Source of the DNA: Trichoplax sp. H2
Lineage: Eukaryota
Direction: 5' to 3'
Assembly: GCA_003344405.1 (NCBI GenBank)
Contig: NOWV01000250.1
Location: 1-64,000 of the forward strand
Length of the DNA: 64,000 nucleotides
This document shows positions 44,101 to 58,790 of this stretch, piece after piece. A model generated the notes under the pieces. The model was not told the origin of the DNA. It ran no database searches and saw only the letters and a program-made list of their open reading frames with translations. A program made the position numbers and the translations under genes. The first letter of the stretch is position 1; every line of letters starts with the position of its first letter.

Positions 44101-47100
44101 TCATAAATAAATCAGTAGGAATACCAAGAGAACCGCTTTCACTCTATAAAGTATTAAATGAAATTATTATGCTTGAAATTTACATTAGATATCTCGTGAC
44201 AATATTATACTATCTTATTTCTCCACTGATCACACTATGCAAAAACAATAATTAGTATCATAAAAGAGATTAGACTTGAAGAAAACATTAATTTCGTAAC
44301 TTTTTCCAGTTACCTTTTGCTTGAGAGCATAAAAGCAATCAATGATAACACTGACAATTAGGTTTAATGAGAAAAAAGATCCAATGATAATAAAGGCCAC
44401 GAAATAGATGTAGGCGCTTTTATTATTTAGAGGAATTGGCTGCTGATCGATCTAGTTTATAATAAAAATAGATCCAATATACACCAATGATAAATATTAT
44501 GATAGATTGTAACCTGCTATCAATCACCGATTAAAGTTAATCAAGAATTAGAGAACAATTTCTCGTAGAGTCCCTTAACTCAAAATACGAGTGAATCTTT
44601 TAACTCACCTCTCTAGCATCGACTGCATCACCCATAACTTGAATCCATCCTTCAAAAGTAGCCTAAAACAATTTGATTTCATTACTTAGTTCTCATACAA
44701 CTAATTTAAATTAGAAATTCCTCTTTAAAATAAGTCATTAGATGTTACGGCACCATGTTGCCTAAATTATAGAGTTTAAGAAAGCATTATTGTTCACAGT
44801 GTTTCAGTGTTATAGTATAAAGCTGTTTTGTAGATTATAGTATAGCGTGTCTACTGATTGTGAACTTTTTAGAAGGGTAGTTCTTAAGCGTTATCGTAGC
44901 AATACTATATTCTTACTAGATCTTCGATAGATTAGAGTAGTAATCTGTAGAAACAACTCAAAGTAAGTACTTTACGTTAGATTATTAAACTCCTTAGGAA
45001 GTAGTCTGTGACATGCGAGTATCTTTAAATTAAAACTAACAGGATCAAATGTCTTAAGTATGTAACAGCATCATGAAGTATACGATAATATGCACAATCA
45101 ATGAATAAATTTCAATTCTGAAACAAACATTCTACTTTTAAACTATTATATGAATCAGAATAAGGCAATCCAAGAAATAGTTAGATAATAAATGGACATG
45201 TATTATAAATCTTTAAGAAATTATAGCCATATCAATATTGCGGCATTCAACAGAAATAAAAAATAAAATATCTTTGTAAAATGTGGTACCAGGTTTGCTA
45301 GATTCTGCATTTTATAGTTTAAAATAGAAATGTCAACGTATCTTTCCTTAGGTTAGAAAAAATGTATACCAGAATGTATTCGGGCAGAAACGTATATGCA
45401 TATTAAAGTTACATATTGAAATCATCAAGGATCACATATAAAATAGCAGTACCCATACATAAAGCCTATCTTTAAGTAAATAATATTTAATATTATGAAT
45501 TTTATTGCCTCGATGACTATGTTAGTAATATGTGATGATAATACTTTTTCAATGAATAAACTACATAGCACTAATAAAGCTCGCTTACCACTTCAAATAG
45601 CGCTAGGAAGGCTTGTGGTACGCTATCAAAATTAATCTGAGAATTTTTCCATATATAATTATTCGCTAAACAATCGGTTTTATTGCTGATAATTGAGGCA
45701 GGTATTAAATTATTATCCAAATCTAAACACTTGTAGAATTTGCCACCAAAGAAATTAACTCCACCGACGCAAAATACCAACCAAAAGAAAGCGCAAACAA
45801 TAATAACATTGGTTATATGAGGTATGCAACCAAAGAGTGCATTAACGACAGCCTAATAAATTAAGATTTTTGTTTTGAAATATTATCTGCAATGTTACTA
45901 CGTATAGCATTGAGGATCTCATGTAATTAATATTAAATTATAATTTAAAATTTATTAAGGAAGTTAATTTTCTTTACCACAAAACAGATAACTTTAAAAC
46001 AAGTATAGCAGTAATAACGGTAATTGTACACTTGATCGATTACTGCATGCTTATATTGAATAGAAAAACGGCATATGTTGTATTCATTTTTTTCAGATAA
46101 GCGTACTACATTTAATTGAGTAGTAAATATTAGCAAACATTTACTTATTCTGTGACGTTAATTTCAATCAAATGTCTGACTTACGCGCATTCCTTCCCAG
46201 TGTGAAATAGCTCTCAAAGGGCGTAAAGCTCGAAGGACGCGTAAAGATCGAAATGCTGAGACGTTCTCCAATACCAGAGTTATAATTGATACCTGATATA
46301 AATTAAAAAATAAACAAGAAAATAAATATGAGCTAATCATCCAGGACAATAATGTACATTCTCGTATAACTATTTGAAATTAAACATCATTGATCAATAA
46401 ATAAATTTTCGCGGAAGAAGTTAAAAATGTAGCATATATTGTATCAATGATATTATTTTTACTAATTATGATGAGAATAGCAATACTGAAATAGTTAAAA
46501 TATAAATATAAAGTGAATACTAAATATTTGAACTCATGTAGAACAAATATAATGAAAAAATAAGCGAGCATAACTTACAACTACTATAGCAGCGTCTAAA
46601 ATATTCCATGGACTGCAAATGTAACCATGTACGCCAATTCCAATTAACTTTAATATCATTTCTATGGAGAAAGCCGCAGCAAAGAAAATATTGCTAACAT
46701 ATAAAACCTGTATCAGGGTAGGATTTTTATGCAGGTGTATGTCTTCGAATGTCTGTAAAAGAAATGGGCTTAGCAAGAAATTCTTTTGAAAGTTTATGAA
46801 CCGATTTCTTTTCAACGCGTTACAGTTTATAAAGTATGTTAAATTCTTCATAATATTTTTCGCTGTGATTTTTACATAATATTATCAATCAAAATCAATC
46901 ATATTAGTACTTACTAGTGAGATACTGCTAGCAACAATAAGAAGTAAGATGATGCCTTCAAAAAAGCGATGTTCAACAACATTCTTAACATGACTTCGTA
47001 CTGTCATCCACGCTTGGCAAAGGGAAGTTTCACCTTGGATACAGTATGGTATCCGTTTCATGCAAACTTTCGGAAAACAATCAATTGGTTGAGAGATACT

Positions 47101-50100
47101 TCGTTCGGAATATTGAAGTCCTCCATTACATGATGTATTGGACATTGCTTTCATGCCGACAGAATTATTAGCCTAGAATTTTAGATATCATCATAGTTTC
47201 GAATCATCTTAAATCCAGAAAATATCTAACAATATTACTAAACAGAGTATCGTTTATAATAATAACAGTCCGTATTTTAAAGCGTATTGTGAGAGCTTTA
47301 CCTTATGATTAGGATAAAAGTAGCAATGTTAGATTATTCAGATATACATTTACGATATTGTAGAAGATCCTGAAGTAAGCATACTATAATTAACACGGTA
47401 GCACTGACACGCTTTAAAGAAAAAGCCTCTTCATTGCATATGATTTCTACTACCGTATTATCAAAGCATTCTTTTACTAAAAATTTTCTTGTTACAAGCA
47501 ATAAAGTTTCAAAGTTAATAACTTAAAAAAAATTGGTTTTTGGTATTACTGAGCAAAGAAAGGACGGTTAATATTTTCACATTAAAGGTTGATAAGTACA
47601 TCAGCATAGTAATTTCATTTACTAGGCGCTGAGCATATAATATTTACGGCAAGCTATAAGATATTTGGTGGAAATTGATTTTGGAGTGTAGCTATAATGA
47701 TTTGCATCCCATGCATTAACATGATTAAATGAGATTATTTATCGATATTATATTGCGATTAAGCTTTACCTCAGTATCCGTGCATTGGGAATCAGATCGA
47801 GCAGAGTCTTGTCTTGATACGTTAGGAGTCTCACAATATATATAGTCACTGGAAACATCACGAGAATTACTATCAAATATCGAAGAAGTAGACTGAGTCA
47901 TACTCTTTCTCCGAGAGCTTGCTCTCCTAACCGATAGATAATTCCTTTTATCGATAATCTGGCCAGAATCAGATTCATCATCTATTTGATCCGGTACTAA
48001 TAGTCCCAAGGTCCTTTGCAAATCTAGATAATCAGAGTCATCCTCCTGCGTCTGATTTAATGACCGTTGCTTTTTTTCTTGATTGTAATTATAATCGCAA
48101 GCAGAATGAGCATCACCATCGCTAAGGGTATTACGTACTTCCCGATGATTTGCGCTCTTTTTACGTTGTGGCTGATCTGATACTAGTGCAGATTCATTAT
48201 ACTCTACTAATAGTTTAGGGCCTTTGCTACTAGACTGTCCTTTCCCATTATTAGCGCTAGTAGAAATCTTTTCTTCGGTAATACTCCTTGATAAAGTATT
48301 AATTTCATCCAATCCATTTCGGTTATTTTCGTCTTTTAGAATCTCCGTATGCTGAAGTATTTGAGGGTTGTAATTACTACTGGCCAGATTAACATTACCT
48401 GCTGATTCTAATTTTGGACATTTTGGCTTAGTTTTTTTTTGAGGCAATATTCTTGCAAATGTATAGTTCCAAAGTTTATTCAACCGCAGAGTTACAATGA
48501 GGTATCTCAATGCGTCATATAAGTTGCCATTATTCTTTTGACTTCCAGAATTATCAGAATAAGCTTCTTGAAATGATTGATTTTCAAAGGAGCTTAGCAA
48601 CAACGCAAGGAATAAATGAAGTACCTAGAAAGAGAAGAAATTTCAGAATAAGAGATTTTGAGCATATTCCATCAAAATTAATTTCCTCACTTAGTTAATA
48701 TTAAGATACCCCTGTTTATAATGTTGGAAGTCAGCAATAGGGACAAAATTTAAAACAATAGCTAGTTAGCTAATATCAGTCAAAACTAATACAATTAAAT
48801 TATTAAAAACGTTGATTGTAACTATAATATAATTCAGAAATACGTATGATTATAATTACACGACGTATATAGCTCGAAAACTACCGTTACTATATTTGCT
48901 TAGTAATCTGTAACTGATTCATTAGGATTGAGTAGTTATTGAATGTATAGAGCAAAAGTATTACCAAAAGCTTTCCAACCACGTATGCTGCAAGGAAAAA
49001 TAGTATAGACGAAATATTTGTTGCTTGGATTGCATCATATAGAGGTTCTATCCATTCACCGCATAATATTCGAAAAATCATCATGAATGAATCAATAAAA
49101 TCATCAAAATTCCAACGTGGTAGATTTTCGAAATGTTTTCGATACGCATCTCGGAAAATTTTCATCCCCAAAACAGCAAAGACATAAATAGTTAAAATGA
49201 GGATTAATAAAATATACAATAGAGCTTTGGCACCAGACACTATGGTGGATAACAGACGGCGCATGGTCGTCCATGAACGGGCTAATTTGAATACACGAAG
49301 CTGATCCAAATTTTAAGAGAGGGTTAAAGCAAAATAAAAATAATTAAGAGAGAAACTATTACAAGAAGAAGTGGACATTTTAAACATATCGTTTACAAAT
49401 TGATGTATACATATATATATAGTATATATGAAATATTTTCCAATTTTAATCATCAAACTAAATATATATTTATAACAGTAAATCTTACCAAACGCAGTGT
49501 TCTGAGAACGGATAAAGAATTACTTGAAATCGATATAAATTCCAATAATAAATCAACCAAACTGATGATAACAACTATTCCATCAAAGACATTCCACTTG
49601 CTTTGAATATAGCCAGTGAAACCAAAAGCAATCAATTTTAAAGTCATTTCTGTCGTAAATATGCAGGTAAAAACCTAATTTAAAAATAAACAAGAACATT
49701 GATTATGGTTTCCAAAATAATCGAATAGCCGAAATTTCGTACAATTATGTTTTTTTAACTTATCTCTATTAGAATGAAGTCAAATCGTAAGTTAATATTA
49801 GCGAAAGGTAATCTTTATATATCATAATTGATTTAGCAACATCTTTATCTTTGATGTTAATTACAAGATAGGCTCCGCATATAATAATTTAATCACTTAT
49901 ATCGTTAGTTGGCATGCTATTACAAACTCAAAACCCATAAATTCAGAAAACTAAACATATGTATATATATATATATAATTTATGATTTTAAATTTATCCT
50001 AGAAGCGTTTAAGACCTCATTTTAAAAGAGCATCCTATACTACCTCCTAACCACATAGAGCAAATAATATACCTGGTACCTTTTTACCATTGTAATGCAT

Positions 50101-53100
50101 TGCTAACATAAGCTACTATGTATAGATGAATAACTTACGTAATTATCAATATTCTGGGCAGGTACTTTGGAATTGTACTCCTCCAATGGCTGATACATCG
50201 ACATCAATACTGTATTGAGGATGATACAGCCGGTAATAAACAACTCAAATAAAGAATCGTCTACTATGCGACCCACTAAAACTCGAATTTGTCGCCATAT
50301 TGTTGATTTAGTCGATGTGGTTTCAGCATTAAGGACAATAGAAACAGTAGTAACAGTTGCACTTCCCGACGACTGGCCTCCTATCAATATGTTTGATAGA
50401 ATTAAATATCAAGAATTAGTCATAAAATCAGGGTCAACATAGTCTGACGGTGTAAAGATTTCAGCTAATTGCTGTAGTTATGTGTTAAGGATTACAGTGA
50501 TAGTATGTAGAGTATACCGAATACATTAATATGTTTAAATTCTTATTATTATAATTTTATTTCATTTATAACTAGCTGCATCGCCCGTTCTGAGAAAGAA
50601 TCACTGATCTACTTAAATTTTTTAGCTTAATTCTGTATTGATTAATGCTTAAATAGTATTATTGCCAGGTATATCCTATTTGATAATTAATAGTCAATAT
50701 ATAGCAGTTTAAGCGCGAACGCCTATGCGTCAAATTTGAATCCACTACTATTCACCCCTCGCCTCGGTGATGGTGTACGACTGCAAACTTACCCTCAGGT
50801 ACTAAACGAATAACTTTCTCACGTTTCTTCATCAAAGTTGAAGGAGACTTTCCATTTATTTCACCATTGTTTCCTATTTTATTGGCAGCACTAAGCTTAC
50901 TGGTAAATGTATGACTAACTGAAACAACATTTGGCTTTATTCTATCGATTTCTCCGTCGCTACGAGAAAGAGCTGAATATCTTGCAGATCTGGAGGTCTT
51001 TCTATTTTCATTTATAGGATTATCTAGAGCAGTATTTTCAATTTTTGTGGAACTAGAATTGCCTTCATGTGGTTGCATCTTTGCTGGATCATCTATAGCG
51101 GCCGAAATTTTCAGCGATATAATATTGATTTTTCCTTCTTTATTCTTAAGACTACCCTGGTCGATATGGTTGCCTTTAGGTATTTGTTCTGGCTTGCCAA
51201 TATTCTTTCCTAGCTTCTTGAAATTCTCTTCATTATATCCATTTCTTCCTTTCATTAAATTCATTTCAATATCCCCTTCACTTCTTGATGATAAAACTCC
51301 TTTTTGATTGCGTATTTTTAAAACGTGGCCATTGCCATAGGGATTACTTCCGATTTTTGGAATCCATAATTTCGGTATTTCATTTTCAAAGAAAATAAAC
51401 ACTGTAGAATTGCGGTACGATTCTCTCATATGTCTAATATCACATTTCTAAAACATCAAAAACTGTATCAATCCTAAAAAGATTACTTAGTTCAGTAGAA
51501 TTGTTGCGCGGGATATTGCTACTTTATCTACTATTACTATTATTGGTGAAAGGATCTGTTTATCGATCAATTACACACTATATAATTATGGAATCGATCT
51601 CCAATTTTAAAAGTACATATTCATTAAAATGTCTAGATGTAAAGTTATCTCTATTGTAGATATTTCTAAAGTAATAAAATGAAACAAGGTTGTATGAACC
51701 GTGTTTAGCATTCACTGTTAGCATTTAAAAGTACACCTGCGCCTACCTGATCTTGCAGTATTTTATCTTCCTTGTTGTAGGCCATAGCTACAATGGCAAT
51801 AACTAGATTCATCACATAGAATGCGCCCAACAAAACCACTGGTATAAAATAAATTATGCACCAAGAGTCAATGGCATCATTAACCTGTCCGGAAAGGGAA
51901 ATTATATAAAAATAATCATAGATTAACTTTACAGCTTGCAAGAACAGAGATTATTCCATCAGTACAAAGAAACCTATTTATCGCAGCCGATATCTAGCAT
52001 ATCTAGCAAGCACTTGTAATATCCTTAAAGTTTTCACATTAATGATGAGATTTATAAAATTCTGATATCTATGAGATACTACTAAATCTTATAGTAATTT
52101 TATAATTATATTTCTAAATAGTAGGCCTATAATACCTTGTTGTAAATATCTTCCCAATTATCAAGAGTAATAAGTTGAAATGATACTAATAGAGAAACTG
52201 GAAAATTATCGAAACTAGTGAAACCATCGTTAGGATTGGGATAAGCATATTGGTAACAAAGATAATCAACTGGGCAATGCCTATAATGTTACAAAGAAAA
52301 ATATCAAGTGAAAGCTGAATTGGCAATGTACACATATTCCTCAATTTCACTTTCAGTATATTAGCATGATAATACTGTAGTACTAATTGCAAGTATAGTT
52401 ATTTTCATTGTAGAAGATACGAACAATATAATTAAAATCCTTCGACACTGACGAATTATAATACGCCTAAAACATCATTATACTCTCTCAGCTAGTCCAT
52501 CATCGAATATAATATTAGTTTCAAATTCTGATTTGTATGAGTATAAAGTTTTAGAGTAAATTAAACTGCAGCACCGGTATTTCGTTAGTTAATCAAAAAC
52601 AGATTTAGCTCTTACCGTACAATACATTTGCCTAACAAAATCGAATGTTAAATATATGTACAGTAGATCAATTTCTGATCGTTCTTATTAGTCATAATTT
52701 AATAGTAGCTTTTAGTTTCGTGTCACTTAAAAGCTATCGAAAGAACTTACTAAGTAATCGGCAATCTATAAACTTAGCTCTTCCTTTAATGTCGTAAATA
52801 TTGGTAGACTATTGATTATAACTGAACAAATGGCTATAAATTAGGCACTATCATCATATACAGTCCTTTAAGATGATGATCATGTCTCTACAGATATCTA
52901 ATTACTATTTACTACAATATCTAATGTTTAAAAAATTAAAATGGCCTTTTCTTTATCTAAATGAATATATAACGAAACAAAAATTGATGTTAGAACACTT
53001 TACCTCGCTGAAGATTCGTTTCCACATATGACTGGGTCGCCATTTTCAAAATACCAGTTGGCTATTATAATAATATGTACAATTGTAAAAAATCAGTTAG

Positions 53101-55778
53101 AGATTTATTAACCGCATTTGGATGATAAAGTCCTTAAGCTGACCGTATTATACTTACAAGAAACGTTTACATAATTTTTAAACTTAGTCATTGTAAATGG
53201 TTCTACAATATCTCCAGTCGAATTAAACGGTCTACAGCACTTTTGCGTTAAAATACCCATAAATAGTTGAACACCAATTAGTGCAAAAATAATTAATATA
53301 AAAAGCGCTAAACAAAAGACGTCAGCCAGCATTCTAAACGACTTAAATAGAGCATTAACGATTGCTTTTAAGCCTAGGATAGAGAAAGAAAAATGAAAGA
53401 AACATTAATACGTCATTTTTTCGTTTAAAATGACTTTAATCAGTTACTAACTAAAAGCAGCTATTAACTATGAAGCTTTAGCTTTAGTAAGTGTTAAGCT
53501 TAATAACACTTTCAATAAGCCTATTAATTACTTACTATTATTATCTTATAACGTAATGTCTATAACTTTACCTTCTAATGCTGTAATCATTCTTAGCGCT
53601 CGTAAAACTCGAATAACCGATGCACCTGGTAAGACACTTAATGCCGGAATCATGGTAAGATAGCTGTACAGCAAGTAGTAGAAACCATTTAAGAAATACG
53701 ATAAAGATAGGATATGAGATCTGACGATTTCAACTCTTAGAATAAGATAAATTTACCCAACAATAACTACGATAAAATCAAGCCAATTCCATGGATCACG
53801 CAAGTAAGCATAGGTGTGAAAAATAAAACCTCTTGCCATGATTTTTAATAGCATTTCAACCGTATAAATGGTATTGAAAGTAATCCTAAAAAAGATTAAA
53901 GTAAGACCTTATTTTCTATAACGATTAAAGAGTATCAACATTAGCGAATTTAGTATATTTTTAATATATAATACTAAGTAAACTTTCCAGAAAGCAAGTA
54001 TAACTCATTTAATCATTCAAAATAGCAGACTAGTTTCTGGTATTTAATTTCCAATATTTAAACCTTTACCATAGAATTGAAGACTTATTAAGCAGTATCT
54101 CATCTATCATAGTTATAATTCAGTGCATTAAATATGTCGATTTTCAAATGATATCTATACATAATTTTAATTTGTCAACATTTCATTTATGAGATACAAA
54201 TTTATCGAAACTTATCCAGACATCAATAACAACTCTCTCTTTCTGTATCTAATTAATTTATTTAAGGCCATTACTGTTTCATTATCTTGCTTGGCAATAA
54301 CTTACAGTATATTCGTAGATGCTTATAACTATGTCATAAATTTATTCAAATGTAACAAAAGCCTATTTGTTCTTATATGATACGCAAACATTTAGATGTA
54401 TAAATTTGCGATTGAATTCCTACCATGCACTGCTGACTTTTACGATAGCATGTATTTTGGCTTACAACAATTCGGAAAACAATAAGGTATTGTATAAAAC
54501 CATAAAACGGCCAAAAATCCGAAGCAATAGTTTTAACTTACTCTATTGAAGGATCGATGCCATTAGGAAAGGCCATCAAAACACAATTAATGAAAATAGC
54601 TATAAATATGAAAAGATCAAAAAATCTACAAGGAAGTCAAGAATTATAACGGATTATAGAATCAAAGCGACTATAACTGGCTTAAAATGAATATTTCTAT
54701 GCTAGTGAGATAAAGAACATGATAAATGAAACGCTTAACTTATCTAGTATCATATTAATACTAAAATTATCTTAATAACCGAAAAACAATCATGCCTTAT
54801 GAATATATAGTAAGTCTAAAATACTTCGAACTATAGACAATGCCAAAAGTATGCCTCATTGTAAATTGTATCATGTCATGCCATGCTTTATTCAAGGCAT
54901 TTAAAAAATCTATCTAAATCTACAAGAACTTTAGCCATGAAAAGATTAAAAGAAATAATGTTACTATGATTCTAATTATATAAAGTAATGAGTTATGTAA
55001 GTAGAGCAGGATACTGATTCGAAGTGATTCGCATCGTAATCAATCGAATTGGATTATTTGGAGGGAATAAGTGAAGAGAGTTGCTTGTATTATAACGATA
55101 GACATAATAGGAATTCATCCGCTTAGTTAGCAAGCATACAGTCTGAAATGAAAAAGCATTTTACTCGAAAGGGTTATCCTTAGGATGTATAACTACCGTA
55201 CTATAATATCTCTATAATATTTTTGATTTAGTTAAACAAGTCTAGTTTGGGGAGTACAGTACTTCCAAGACCAAACCATATATAAATATAATAACAGACG
55301 GTTCATCTATTTCTTACGAAGTTACTTGAATGTCAATGTATTATGATCGTAAAATTATTAAGGCTTAGTAATTTAATTTTTAGAAACTTGGCAGTTACCA
55401 ATCTATTTTAATGAAAATTATGCACTGCATAATCACCGCAAGGAATGGTATATTCTTTTTCATAAATTTACTAAATAATTTCATTTATATTATCATAAGG
55501 AATATTTAAACAAATTTTTTTATGTAGGAATTTGCATCTATAACATAAAAATGAGCTCAATTACATGAAACTTTTAAAAGAATTTTTGTATTTGGCAAGT
55601 CACTTCTATAGCAGTAGTAACGAAATAAAATACCGCTTACATCAGTTTGTTGTTGATCGAAATCCTTAACGAGCTTTCCTGTTAAATGATTCTTTTTAAT
55701 TTGCTCGTTAATACATTTTCTGTTCTGATTAAAATCTTTCCAATCTACAAGTATTCCATCAAAGGTTACAGAAATCAT
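41159..55778 (-). CDS. Nav2: Voltage-gated sodium channel alpha-subunit family protein, Nav2-type (DEEA selectivity filter), complete four-domain multi-exon gene
   Basis: Four S4 segments are present. Pore loops: [10 protein letters not shown] (D, 52160-52162), [10 protein letters not shown] (E, 49055-49057), [10 protein letters not shown] (E, 44651-44653), [11 protein letters not shown] (A, 41864-41866). The III-IV linker reads [16 protein letters not shown], followed by a C-terminal EF-hand-like region and IQ motif ([10 protein letters not shown]). Probable first exon 55778-55641. Confidence 0.95.
42966..43663 (-). other. U12-type AT-AC intron in channel 1, domain IV S1-S2
   Basis: 5' site ATATCCTT at 43663-43656, branch site TTCCTTAAC at 43007-42999, and 3' end ...CAGCAC. 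Removal joins [17 protein letters not shown] in frame. Confidence 0.88.
54626..55014 (-). other. U12-type GT-AG intron in channel 1, just before domain I S1
   Basis: 5' site GTATCCTG at 55014-55007, and a branch-like TTCTTGAC at 54643-54636 ending 10 nt before the exon. Removal joins ITSN-Q-FFDLFI in frame. Confidence 0.78.
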
Positions 55779-58700
55779 TTTAAGGAAAAGAAGCTATTAG
55801 CAATGATTCCAGTTGTTTTTCAAATAAAGAAGGCTATTTGATTTACAAGTTGAAGATTAAAAGAAGCAAAAATTTACTATTAAAACGACTACCATGATAA
55901 CTGTGATCACAATTTCAGTTTATAAGCCTCAAATAGAAACTAAACGAGTTACATCCAAAGCAAATTCTTTAGAGTTTTGGATTTGAATAATACATAATTT
56001 AAAAGATATAGAATCACTAACCTTCATAGTCTGGGGTATTTACGGAAATAACATGGCCATAACCTTGATCCATCTTGGATTTATATTACAAGTGTTTCTT
56101 TAGATATACTGGATTAATAGCGGTGTTAAATATTGCAAAGAATTCTTTGCTGTAATACCAAACCAATTCTTGACTACAACATTACAATTTATAATTCCAT
56201 ATTTAATTTTTAATTTGCTGTAAGCAGTTTATACAAAAATTTGTCACCGTAACTTATGCCTATTCACAATTTATCAAACGAAATCTTTTCCACAATATTT
56301 TCTGAGTTTTTAGTACAGTATTAAATTTACTATGATAAAGGGTGAAAAATATCTCCAATCATGAATCCTTCATTGAAAAAGATGCCATATGTTGATTTCT
56401 AGGAAAAAGAAATTTATATAGAATATAAATTGTTGATTACAATTCCTTTTAGATACAATGCAGAAGTGAAGGGGCCAGGAATTCTCTGAATGCTGACTAA
56501 GGTATCAATGAAATTAATATTAGCGTAACGGTAAATATCATATTGAAACAATCAGTAATGAAATTAGGACTAGAACAATTAGAAAAGTACCACATGAGCT
56601 CCCCTGGGTAGTTAAGCCTAAGTATAGTATCTCTGTTTCGTCGACTACAATCAAAAACCACGAAGAGATTAAAATTAGTTTGAAGAACAAGATCAAGAAA
56701 CCTTATTGGCATATAATATAATGCTAGACAATTATTTGTTCTAGTAGAGTTGGCTTGATAGTCAAATTGATATAATCTTATTTTTAATATCGATATTCTT
56801 TACGAACTAAAATAATTTGGAAACTCTCACTCTGCTTCGTCCAAAGATTCAGAAATTACTCTCCGTATAAGGATGACAGTTGATATCAATGTTGTAAAAA
56901 AAATTTTGAAAGATCAAATTTTGCCTGAAATAACTTGATCTTTCGCGATCTCATCACTCTATTAAAATTATCAAGATGAAAAATTTGCTACTGTATTTCA
57001 GCTATTGCAGGTATTGTGCACTTGCACATGAATATACCGGTAAATTTATGTAGTTTCATTATTGGTAGGTTTCGCTAAAAACGAATTGTTATTGTTTTTA
57101 TGGAACCTTACAGGAGCTTTAGTTATGGATGCAGAATTTAAAATTATCCATTACCTCGTCACAGCACCTGGTCTAAAATATAGATATAAAAACTAGGCAT
57201 GTATCTGTCCCTATCCGATTACAGTTTAAAGACATTTAACCTCGTTAATCTTGTAAAAAAATAGTCAAAATTGAAATATACGCGCATACTAGTGTAATGA
57301 CCGAGTTAGTATTTTACTATTACTATAGGTTCGCGCCTCTAACTCTTAATCTGAATTATTTAAGTTGAGCAAATCCTTATGATATGCAATAAAAGGTCAC
57401 AACCAAGAGAGTAGTTTTAAAACTACATTTATTATTCCGCCTATCCGTGAGAGTGAATTCAATTTTCATCTGTCATATAATCAGTCAGAAACGGTTAAGA
57501 TAAACTGGATAAACGGACTTAGATTATTTTTACAAGCAATCATTTCCATACAAAATCATATAGCATAAGCTTATATTCAATTGTAAACGTATTAATCTAA
57601 TACTGTTAAAAAACAGAAATCGGCTCTATTGAAGATGAAACGGACAACTTTTAACACATGACTAATAGTTTATCAATATCTAAATCATTACAACTAGTTA
57701 AATAGAACGTAATCAGAATGCTACAATTTCAGTCGTATTAAAATACTTCTAAATAGCTATTGATATTCTTTGGTAAATACGGTAATGTTGGAGTGCTATT
57801 CTACACTTTGATATCACATGTTGAAATCTACTAATCTTTTAATTTAAATATTACTCTAAATAATTTTTGATTAGCCACAGACTATACTATGCTAGCTGTT
57901 CCAACGTCAATACTTTTATACGATTTAATTCGTAAGGATAGCCAGAGTGACAGGTAAGGATAAAATTTTAAATAAGTTGGAATTACTTCTTTATCATCGT
58001 ACCTGGAGTGGAATAGAGAATATCTTTTAATTACGTTCATCTTTGCTTCATATGAACTTTTTGTGATCGTTTATCAGCCTTAATCTACGTCATAGCGTTA
58101 AAAAATCTATTTTGTCTAATCCTACAAAATAAGCCTGAACGGTCAAAGCAACAACAGACTCAAAAGCAAGAAAGAATATGATGTAAATACGAGTATATGA
58201 TCAATATAAATTACATCCAGAACAAAACATTCGGAAGAGAATAAAGTCGTTGGGATTTAAATAATTTGAGCAATAGGCCATAGCCAATACTTAACTTACT
58301 CATCACTTAAGAAATCTGCTACTAGATTGTATTTTGCGCTAGCGACTGAATTAAAAGTGTTACATAATAAATCTATCGCTATTCTCTACATTAGTAATTT
58401 TTATGCTATCTATTACTACATAGATAGCCTCGTAAAGGGTACCATACTTTCGCCTGGTATCATGCAGGATATTAAATCCTCTTTGATTAGCCTAGCTACT
58501 GTAGTTAGAGTTTCTGTAATGATCAAAACATAGCATCATGCTGAAAGAATTCAAACCATATTGATTAAGGACTTTCTTAACATAATAAATATTACTTACT
58601 TAAAATTATAGACTAATCCGACTTTATTGCGAAGTTTTCTCTTGATTTGACGGTAATTTATTCCTCCAACTTAACTTAAATTTTCTTAAACTTTAATACG

Positions 58701-58790
58701 AGAATAGACCAAAATTCTTTTCTTAGACATCTTACTAATATCAAAGTGTAGTAATACTAATGAAACGACACTTTCATAAAAGCGAAAGTC

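Noticed and set aside
47725..48603. Ankyrin-G-binding motif in the Nav II-III linker (DDESDSG)
   Set aside because: Only ESD matches; the VPIA-xx-ESD context is absent.
41754..51307. Plus-strand ORFs at 41754, 44010, 48510, 49400, 50215 and 51047
   Set aside because: They are antisense shadows of Nav exons with no independent coding evidence.
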